This document shows, piece after piece, positions 9,236 through 15,166 of a stretch of 32,000 nucleotides of DNA. Source of the stretch: Thermoproteus tenax Kra 1 (GTDB taxonomy: Archaea > Thermoproteota > Thermoprotei > Thermoproteales > Thermoproteaceae). Position numbers and translations under genes: made by a program. Location: positions 1,200,001 to 1,232,000 of the forward strand of contig NC_016070.1 of the NCBI RefSeq assembly GCF_000253055.1. Direction: 5' to 3'. Below the pieces are notes generated by a model that saw only the letters and a list, made by a program, of their open reading frames with translations, was not told where the DNA came from and did not search any database. Position 1 is the first letter of the stretch. Every line of letters starts with the position of its first letter.

Positions 9236-9760
9236 TTAGGTAGTAGCTGAGCTGGTCTCTCGCTGTGTCTTGGTTGTGCGGAAGCAGAGCTCCGTATCTT
9301 CCGCGTGTCCGCCAGGAGTGGGGGCTTCGGCGGGTCTGAAGCGCTCCTGGTCGAGCTCGGCCGTTATCCTCCCTTTGTCTGTCTCCACTGCGATGCCTTT
9401 GTCCTGCGGCTCGTGTTGGAGCGCTCGTCTAGCGTGAGTCTGTCCACCTTTCCAGAATCTGACTCCGTAGGCCGGCGATTTGTCGGGCTCGGTGGGGTCG
9501 CCCACCCCTCGCCGCCTGCCAACACCTCTATCCCTCTGACCTTCCAGCCGTCCTCCTTTAGGCCGATTGGGATGTACGTGAGCACGGAGTTCGTCCTCGT
9601 GGAGCCTTGATCGTGGAGCCGGGGGTTCCCCTCTCCGCCAGTGGCCGGCGGCGATGTCCTCCACGTGGGGCTGGTCTGCGAAGGCGTTGCCTACATTATC
9701 CTGTCCGCTTCGCCCATCTTGAGCCTCATGACTTGGCACGCCAGCTCGTGGGGCCCCGCT
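9236..9760 (-). pseudogene. probable decayed gene remnant
   Basis: Protein-like fragments are spread over two minus-strand frames: VGNAFADQPHVEDIAAGHW, LTYIPIGLKEDGWKVRGIEVLAGGEGW, PDKSPAYGVRFWKGG, KGIAVETDKGRITAELDQERF. The longest ORF in the region is R/G/P-rich and not protein-like. Confidence 0.25.
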
Positions 9761-9775
9761 TTTAAGGTCAGGGAG

Positions 9776-10081
9776 CTAGACCTCGGCCAGCTCGTTGGGC
9801 GGGATGAACCTTCTGTACCACCTCTGGAACTGCTGGGGGGTCGCCACGTGCACCTCCACCGGCGCTTCCGTTCTTCTGTAGACCTCCGTCATGATGTCGT
9901 ATTTCCTCTCGACGGCGTTGGTCACGACGAGGATGTCTATGTCGCTGGTTGCGGTGTAGTCGCCTCTGACGGCCGACCCGAAGACGTACACCCTCGCCTC
10001 TGGGTCGTACCTCCTGGCCACCTCCTTCACCAGCTCCGCCACTGCCCTGTAGTTTCTTAGGTAGCTTAGGGGATCCCCCAC
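9776..10081 (-). CDS. minimal nucleotidyltransferase (MNT-type, Pol-beta superfamily)
   Basis: 101 aa with the motif GSAVRGDYTATSDIDILV (G-S-x9-12-D-x-D). It has its own TATA-like ATTTTTAAG about 20-30 nt upstream (plus coordinates 10101-10110). Confidence 0.88.
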   Translation of the reverse strand: MGDPLSYLRNYRAVAELVKEVARRYDPEARVYVFGSAVRGDYTATSDIDILVVTNAVERKYDIMTEVYRRTEAPVEVHVATPQQFQRWYRRFIPPNELAEV

Positions 10082-10400
10082 GGCTGTGCCGGAGGTCCGG
10101 CTTAAAAATGTGGCGCGTAGAGCTCAACGCCACCGGCGGCTGTCGAGGCGGGAAGAGGGCGTGGGCGCCTAGGGTAGCTTCATCATTTTTGGCGTAGGCC
10201 GAACATTCTTGCGTATATTCGGTACTGAGGGGCGGCATCTCGTGAGATACCCTAGTGGGTCTGTCCCTTGGGGGCCGCGCGCCGTTGCCCCACGCTCTGT
10301 GGACCAACGCCCGAGGCAGTTGTGCCGGCGAAGGGGAAGGCTCAGGCGCCGCTTCGGCGGTGAGCGACGGCGGGCGCCTAGGGGCTGGCGGTTGGCCTGG

Positions 10401-10784
10401 TCAGCCTTCGACGTATTTCCTAAACACCTCTTCTACAAACCTCGCCAGGTCCTTGACCTCAGCCTCTTCGTATACTATGGGCAAGTATCGGGAGGCGATG
10501 TAGGCCTCCTCGAGCCTTGCTATGTAGTGTAGGTAGGCGATGTTGTTTACAAGCTCCAGCACTTGGGGCTCCACCTCGCCGAGCTCTCTGATGAGCCTCC
10601 TCAGCGAGTGTGTCCTTGGGTAGCCGCCCTTCTTCAGCAGGAGCTTGTACTTGAGGATGAGCTGGCAGTACTGCTCTAGGCTGAAGGCGGCTAGGTCGTA
10701 TTCGCCCTCTCTAAGTAGCCTCTGGGCGTTTTTCAAAAAGGCGTGGGCCCTCCTTCTGAGGAGCTCCGCCTCTTCGAGAGACAT
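10401..10784 (-). CDS. HEPN domain protein
   Basis: 127-aa all-helical protein. The pattern AxxFLxxAxxLLxxGxYDLAAF plus the YPRTHSLRRL region is typical of archaeal HEPN proteins that pair with MNT. Confidence 0.85.
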   Translation of the reverse strand: MSLEEAELLRRRAHAFLKNAQRLLREGEYDLAAFSLEQYCQLILKYKLLLKKGGYPRTHSLRRLIRELGEVEPQVLELVNNIAYLHYIARLEEAYIASRYLPIVYEEAEVKDLARFVEEVFRKYVEG

Positions 10785-10891
10785 ATGGGAATAGTTTATA
10801 GATGTAAAAAAGCCTCATCGATGGGAGTGGCCGCCTCGGGCTTTCGGCTATATAAGAGGGCCTTGGGCTGTGGACTGCCGCGCGCGTACGG

Positions 10892-11551
10892 CTAGGCCCG
10901 CCCCGCCTTCACGAGCTCCATCAAGAGGCGCTGTATCTCAAGCAGTGTCTTCTGCACGTCGTCTATACGGGCGCTCAGGGCGTCCATCCTCTCGGTCAGC
11001 TCGGTAGTAACGGCGTCGATCCGTTTGTTCATATCGTCGATCCTCTTGTTGGTCTCGTCGATCCTCTGGCTCAGATTCGCAACCACAGCATCGATCCTCT
11101 TGTTCGTCTCCTCTATCTTCGCGCCCAAATCGGCCGCGACTGCGTCTATCCTCTTGTTTGTCTCGTCGATCTTCGCGCTCAGGCTCACAGTTACGGCATC
11201 TATGCGCTTGTTGGTCTCATCGATCCGTTTGTTCATATCGTCGATCCTCTGGCCTAGGCTCACGGTCACTGCGTCTATACGCTTGTTCGTATCATCCATC
11301 CTCTTGGCCAACTCTACGGCGACGGAGTCTATGCGTTTGTTTGTGTCGTCTATCCTCTTGTTCGTCTCCTCCATCCTCTGCTCCAGCCTCGCTATCTCCC
11401 CCCTTATCCCTCCCAGCTCGTTCACGATGGTGCCGAGGTACAATAGAAAGATGTCCTCCGTGGAGAGCTTCTTGCCCTCTCTGAGCTTCCCCACGACTCT
11501 GTCCACGGCCACTCTGAGGGCCTCCTGCGCGATAGGCGCTATGGAGTCCAC
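10892..11551 (-). CDS. coiled-coil repeat protein (nine [DE]-[TM]-N-K-R-I-D units)
   Basis: I place the start at GTG 11551..11549, 20-30 nt downstream of the minus-strand TATA TTTATATT (11571-11580). The longest ORF extends to 11734, but its first ~60 aa are R/S/P-rich. The repeats are spaced 7 or 18 residues apart. Confidence 0.75.
   Translation of the reverse strand: MDSIAPIAQEALRVAVDRVVGKLREGKKLSTEDIFLLYLGTIVNELGGIRGEIARLEQRMEETNKRIDDTNKRIDSVAVELAKRMDDTNKRIDAVTVSLGQRIDDMNKRIDETNKRIDAVTVSLSAKIDETNKRIDAVAADLGAKIEETNKRIDAVVANLSQRIDETNKRIDDMNKRIDAVTTELTERMDALSARIDDVQKTLLEIQRLLMELVKAGRA
10961..11380 (-). repeat. intragenic tandem repeat array (21-nt and 54-nt periodicity) encoding TNKRID units
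   Basis: NKRID occurs 9 times, at aa 125-240 of the long ORF. Codons differ between copies (aacaagcgcatagat, aacaagaggatagac, aacaagaggatcgat, aacaaacggatcgac). Confidence 0.85.
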
Positions 11552-11763
11552 GTCAAGCCCCCCTCTCCGGAATATAAAGATGACGCTGCAGAGTATTGCA
11601 CGAGGTTCCTCCAACGGCGATTCTTCCCATCCGCCTCTCTTCACCTCAGTTGAGGCAAGATATTCGGAATAATAGCCAGAGTCCGCCGCGCGTGGACGCC
11701 TCGGCGTTGACCGAGAAGTCGCCTCGACGCTCAATATTTAAAAGGTCTCTCCAACTCAAGCCC

Positions 11764-12051
11764 ATGCACAGAGATAAGGCTGTCGGCGCTGCGCTCGTGG
11801 CCTTGGGCGTCGTGGGCATCTTGTTGTACGGATGGCTCGTCTTCCTCTCGCCGTGGTCCCTAGCGGTGTTGCGGGCCACCGCCTTCGTGGCCGTGGCGGC
11901 GGTCTTGGGCATTCTGGCCTGGGTGGGATACGCCTTGGCCACAACGCCGCCTCCCAAGCCTATAGAGGAGATCGAGAAGGAGGTCCAGAAGGCTCTGGAG
12001 GAGATCGAGCGGCAGATGCAGTCGTCCTCAACTCAAGCTAGCTCTCCATAA
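11764..12051 (+). CDS. small two-TM membrane protein
   Basis: ATG at 11764 is preceded by ATATTTAAAA at 11734-11743 (leaderless geometry). The product MHRDKAVGAALVALGVVGILLYGWLVFL... has two hydrophobic helices and an acidic/helical tail. Confidence 0.65.
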   Translation: MHRDKAVGAALVALGVVGILLYGWLVFLSPWSLAVLRATAFVAVAAVLGILAWVGYALATTPPPKPIEEIEKEVQKALEEIERQMQSSSTQASSP

Positions 12052-13162
12052 TCCTCATCAGCTTTTCAGCCTGCCTCAGGCCGTCGAATCTCCTCAATGC
12101 AACCTCTCTATTCTTCGCCCCCAGCTCCTCGGCGTCGGCCTCGAGGGAACGCTCCAAGGCCTCAGCTAGCGCGGCGGGATCGCCGCGGGGGACTAAAAAG
12201 GTCCCGGGGGCGCCCTCCAACACCTCCGGCAGTCCGCCCGCCTTGGACGCAACGACGAGCCTCCCTCTGACGAGGCCCTCCAGAGCCACGTAGGAGAAGG
12301 GCTCCTCCCATATCGAGGGCACTGCCACAGCCCATATCTTGAGGTAGAGCGAGTCGAGCTCCTCCGGGCTCAAGCTCCCGTAGACGCGCACTCCGCGCAG
12401 CGGATCTCTGAGCCCTTCGGCGCGCGTCATATGTAGCTCCCCGTCGAGCCCCAACCGGCGCCAGGCCTCCAACAACACTCTGTATCCCTTGAGGGGGTTC
12501 AGCCCTCCGAAATATCCGATCCCCCTTCCGGCGGGAGGAGAGTACGAGAGCCGCGGCGCCGGGTTGTAGAGGACGTAGGACTTGGGCAGGTCCCTTGCGT
12601 GGGCAACGAGGAGCCTCCGCTGGGCCTCCGATACGAAGACGGCCGCATCGGCGCTCCTCAACGCGCGCACGAAGAGCGGCGCGGCGGGGACGTTCGCCGC
12701 CTGTGAGGCGAGGGCTCTGAGGATCGATCTGCCGAGCGCCCTCTCGGTGTGCCATATACAGCTCCAACAACGCCTCTCCTCAGCTCTGCAGACTGAGCCG
12801 GCGCCCCAGTTGTACAACGTGCCCATGGGGCACGCCGGCTCGTAGCTGTGTAGGTGCACCACGGCCTTTCTGCCCACCCTCTTGGCCAAGGGGATGAGCT
12901 CCCAATACGCCGAGGCGAAATAGGCCACGTCGGCCCACTCCAGGGCCCTCCTGGCGGCGAGCGGCGGCACGTGGAACTTCCTCGTGCCCGCCCCTCCAAG
13001 CTCCACCACCTCAAGGCCCCTCGGCGGAGGGCCGCCCCTCCTCACAAACACTCTAACTTGCGCCCCCAGCTCTCTGAGGCCCACTGCGTAGAGGTATGTG
13101 GCCAGCTCTCCGCCGCCCTCTCCCCACGGCCATAGAGCCTCGGCGAATACGGCCACCTTCAC
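12038..13162 (-). CDS. glycosyltransferase, GT4-like
   Basis: I place the start at GTG 13162 (VKVAVFAEALWPWGEGGGE...), which forms a GTGA overlap with the upstream ORF stop at 13159-13162. The C-terminal block is EEPFSYVALEGLVRGRLVVASKAGGLPE. Confidence 0.85.
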   Translation of the reverse strand: MKVAVFAEALWPWGEGGGELATYLYAVGLRELGAQVRVFVRRGGPPPRGLEVVELGGAGTRKFHVPPLAARRALEWADVAYFASAYWELIPLAKRVGRKAVVHLHSYEPACPMGTLYNWGAGSVCRAEERRCWSCIWHTERALGRSILRALASQAANVPAAPLFVRALRSADAAVFVSEAQRRLLVAHARDLPKSYVLYNPAPRLSYSPPAGRGIGYFGGLNPLKGYRVLLEAWRRLGLDGELHMTRAEGLRDPLRGVRVYGSLSPEELDSLYLKIWAVAVPSIWEEPFSYVALEGLVRGRLVVASKAGGLPEVLEGAPGTFLVPRGDPAALAEALERSLEADAEELGAKNREVALRRFDGLRQAEKLMRIMES

Positions 13163-13638
13163 GACTTGTACAGGCCAGTGCCGTTTATGCTCATAATCAG
13201 AACCCCCGGCGGAGGGCCAACCTCTAGAATACACGGCAAGTACCACTGGCCGGAGTAGGGAGGCGTATACACGTAGTACTCGGAGCGAGTCCATCTACAC
13301 GCCGTTATGTTCACCGCGATGTCGGGCCTGTAGGTCTTGGCCAAGGGGAGGAGCCACGTGTCTAGCTCCCACATGACCTCCACGCGCGAGCCCGGCGGGA
13401 GAGCGCGCAGTATCTCCATATACGCTTGATACTTCGCAGGCGTTATTCTGTCCACTGGCGCAAAGAGCCCGCTCAAATGGCCGGTCGCCCATGCCCAGTC
13501 CGCCAGAGCTGGACCCGCCAAGAGGAGGGCTTGTGCGCTTATCTCCAAATACGGTCTGCCTTGAAAACAAACTGAGTCTGCGACCGCTCCGGCCCTATAG
13601 TCCGCCGCGCGGCCCGCCGTGTGTTTGAAATAGGACAT
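13159..13638 (-). CDS. hypothetical protein
   Basis: 159-aa ORF with protein-like composition, coupled by the GTGA overlap to the downstream GT4 gene. No family was recognised. Confidence 0.5.
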   Translation of the reverse strand: MSYFKHTAGRAADYRAGAVADSVCFQGRPYLEISAQALLLAGPALADWAWATGHLSGLFAPVDRITPAKYQAYMEILRALPPGSRVEVMWELDTWLLPLAKTYRPDIAVNITACRWTRSEYYVYTPPYSGQWYLPCILEVGPPPGVLIMSINGTGLYKS

Positions 13639-13682
13639 TTAGCGTATTGTCCCAACGCCTCCACTGAGCCCATTAAGGTGAG

Positions 13683-13773
13683 TAGCCCGGCCGGGATTCG
13701 AACCCGGGCCACGGGGTCCAGAGCCCCGCATCCATGGCCGGGCTGGGTCCTTTGGCCGCTAGACGACCGGGCT
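13683..13773 (-). tRNA. tRNA-Gln (anticodon CUG) with a ~17-nt non-canonical intron
   Basis: On the minus strand: acceptor AGCCCGG/CCGGGCU with discriminator A; D arm GUCU-AGCGGCCAAA-GGAC; anticodon arm CGGGG-CUCUGGA-CCCCG (anticodon at 13719-13721); T arm CCGGG-UUCGAAU-CCCGG. CCA is not encoded. An extra 17 nt lie between the D stem and the anticodon stem. Confidence 0.9.
13730..13746 (-). other. tRNA-Gln intron at the D-arm/anticodon-stem junction (about position 25/26; boundaries +/-3 nt)
   Basis: The segment CCAGCCCGGCCAUGGAU interrupts an otherwise complete cloverleaf. A GGA repeat at both edges makes the exact junction ambiguous. Confidence 0.7.
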
Positions 13774-13793
13774 CGCACCACTTCTCACACCCG

Positions 13794-13802
13794 CTTTAAA
13801 AG
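13794..13802 (-). promoter_or_regulatory. TATA-like box for tRNA-Gln
   Basis: The minus strand reads CTTTTAAAG, 21-29 nt upstream of the tRNA 5' end at 13773. Confidence 0.5.
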
Positions 13803-13895
13803 TTTTTCTCGGCGCATCTCTCGCGACGTCCTCGTATGAAACGCCAAACGTCGGGCTTCATCCCCTAAGGAGCGCCGTCGCTTTGTTCGTATGCG

Positions 13896-14282
13896 TCAGA
13901 GTTTAAACGCGCTCCTCCCCGGTGCCCCATGGACTCGAAGGTGTTGATCGCGGGATTGGCAATACTGATAATAGCGATCGACGTAGTGATCGCTCCCACC
14001 AACAAACCTCAGCAGACGTCTGCGGCCGGCCAACAACACTAATTCGTCGAGGCCCGCTGCATATGCGCCCACGACGACTTTATCGGCTCTTTCGCTCCAA
14101 CGCGTCGCGGCCCTCTTCCTGGTGGGGACCGCCACGACCAAGCTATTGTGGTCCCAAAGCACCTCTACGTCGGAGACATCGCCGTATCTGGCCAGAGAGA
14201 CCTTGGGTAGATACAGAGCGTACGACCCCCTTATTCTGATAAGGCGCCTTCTCACTGTGTTCACCGCCAGGTTGGGCCTCAA
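13896..14282 (-). CDS. AbrB/SpoVT-like domain protein (possibly truncated)
   Basis: The N-terminus RRRLIRIRGSYALYLPKVSLARYG resembles the swapped-hairpin AbrB/MazE fold. The start is a TTG/GTG candidate only, and the C-terminal third looks degenerate. Confidence 0.45.
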   Translation of the reverse strand: MRPNLAVNTVRRRLIRIRGSYALYLPKVSLARYGDVSDVEVLWDHNSLVVAVPTRKRAATRWSERADKVVVGAYAAGLDELVLLAGRRRLLRFVGGSDHYVDRYYQYCQSRDQHLRVHGAPGRSAFKL

Positions 14283-14283
14283 G

Positions 14284-14310
14284 ATTAATCGAGCTTTATT
14301 ATGATTAAGT
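14284..14310. promoter_or_regulatory. AT-rich block, candidate bidirectional TATA region (AbrB-like gene leftward, ncRNA rightward)
   Basis: attaatcgagctttattatgattaag is the only AT-rich stretch between the two units. It lies about 30-50 nt upstream of the first conserved-looking RNA sequence. Confidence 0.4.
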
Positions 14311-14339
14311 CGCCTCTCTCAAATAGAGCGTCCGCATGA

Positions 14340-14662
14340 GTTGGGGCTAAGGCCAGATGTTCTGACCTCACGCGCATACGTCATCTCTGTCATTATTAGC
14401 GTCTCAGCGGTGCAGGCCAAAGGCTCAAATACGGCGGGTATGCCTGAGGCAGTCAAGCTGTCTATGGAGGCGCGGGCGGAAAGGAAGCACCCAGGCGTGA
14501 GCCGTTGACGATTACCGGCTATAGGCGCCCAGGTACAAACGGGGTCCGATCGGAGCACAACGGAGTTCTCCGTTTCAGTATTACGGGGAAAGCTGTCCCA
14601 CAGCGATGGCGTTGGAGCCTGTATTTCACGCAGGTGGCCGGATGGGGCTATGTCTGACCAGC
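14340..14662 (+). ncRNA. candidate SRP (7S) RNA gene with circularly permuted domain order
   Basis: The locus has no credible ORF. It contains a helix-8-like signature GGAAAGGAAGCACCCAGG at 14478-14495. Perfect complements 14367-14373/14495-14501 and 14374-14379/14438-14443 form a three-way junction. A long helix-5-like pairing joins 14515-14540 with 14611-14641. A T-rich tract follows at 14672-14680. See findings for caveats. Confidence 0.5.
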
Positions 14663-14681
14663 GCTACGTAAATTTTATCAT

Positions 14682-14936
14682 TTGGAGACGATAGGTGAGG
14701 TCGTGATAGCCGTTTTGGGGGCCAACGCGAGGGGGTTACCCGGAATCCGGGAGATCAAAAGCCTCGACGAGCTGGCCAGCTGGGAGCTTCTAGTGGTGGT
14801 AGGAGACAGAGACCTCGCCGAGAGGGTGGGCGCCGCCTTCTTCACTCGGGAGGAGTGGAATCGTTTCCTGGAAGTATACGCGGCCGAATTGACGAAGGAG
14901 AGCAGTAGACGCATCGATCAACCGCCGGCTCCCTAG
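14682..14936 (+). CDS. hypothetical protein
   Basis: 84-aa ORF (TTG at 14682, or GTG at 14703) with plausible composition (VIAVLGANARGLPGIREIKSLDELASWELLVVVGDRDLAERVGAAFFTREEW...). AAATTTTAT lies upstream. Confidence 0.45.
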   Translation: METIGEVVIAVLGANARGLPGIREIKSLDELASWELLVVVGDRDLAERVGAAFFTREEWNRFLEVYAAELTKESSRRIDQPPAP

Positions 14937-15015
14937 GATAGTCCCCTCAACAGCGCGGAGCCCTTGAGTATTCGGGGGACTGTCCGCAGATGTTCCCAGG
15001 AAGAGCCATAAAAAG

Positions 15016-15120
15016 CGCCGCCGCCGGGATTTGAACCCGGGACCTACGGGTTAACAGCCTCGACCCGCCGCGGCCGGCGCCGCGGCTGACCGCCGCTATA
15101 CCGGGCTTAGCTACGGCGGC
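15016..15120 (-). tRNA. tRNA-Asn (anticodon GUU) with a 31-nt non-canonical intron
   Basis: On the minus strand: acceptor GCCGCCG/CGGCGGC with discriminator G; D arm GCUA-AGCCCGGUA-UAGC; anticodon loop CUGUUAA (anticodon at 15053-15055); T arm CCGGG-UUCAAAU-CCCGG, followed by CTTTTT. The anticodon stem GCGGG/CCCGU forms only after 31 nt are removed. Confidence 0.9.
15059..15089 (-). other. tRNA-Asn intron inside the 5' strand of the anticodon stem (about position 30/31)
   Basis: UCAGCCGCGGCGCCGGCCGCGGCGGGUCGAG contains an internal GC hairpin (CCGCGGC-GCCG-GCCGCGG). Removing it restores a 5-bp anticodon stem. Confidence 0.75.
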
Positions 15121-15143
15121 TCTCCCCCAGATGAGGCGGGCAC

Positions 15144-15151
15144 TTTATAAG
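15144..15151 (-). promoter_or_regulatory. TATA-like box for tRNA-Asn
   Basis: The minus strand reads TTATAAAG, 24-31 nt upstream of the tRNA 5' end at 15120. Confidence 0.5.
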
Positions 15152-15166
15152 TTTAGCCCCCCTATG

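Noticed and set aside
10180-10186. Minus-strand C-box-like AUGAUGA in the HEPN-MNT spacer
   Set aside because: There is no CUGA D box within 36-45 nt (the nearest, UUGA, is 52 nt away) and no terminal stem.
9768-10307. 179-aa minus-strand ORF, and 9641..10060 on the plus strand
   Set aside because: They overlap the MNT gene in other frames and have R/G/P-rich sequences without motifs. The MNT frame has the diagnostic GS...DxD motif.
10961-11380. CRISPR-like regular repeats
   Set aside because: The periodicity is 21/54 nt, lies inside an open reading frame, and encodes a conserved peptide unit. There are no unique spacers and no leader.
11025-11672. 215-aa plus-strand ORF, and 11158..11484
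   Set aside because: These are mirror-image ORFs antisense to the TNKRID repeat gene. Their repetitive S/I/L-rich sequence is an artefact of the repeats.
12162-13014. Alternative-frame ORFs inside the GT4 gene (202 aa, 118 aa, 87 aa)
   Set aside because: These are R/P/G-rich shadow frames. The GT4 frame carries the family motifs.
14319-14558. 79-aa minus-strand ORF
   Set aside because: It lies antisense inside the structured RNA locus, has poor composition, and has no promoter-like element.
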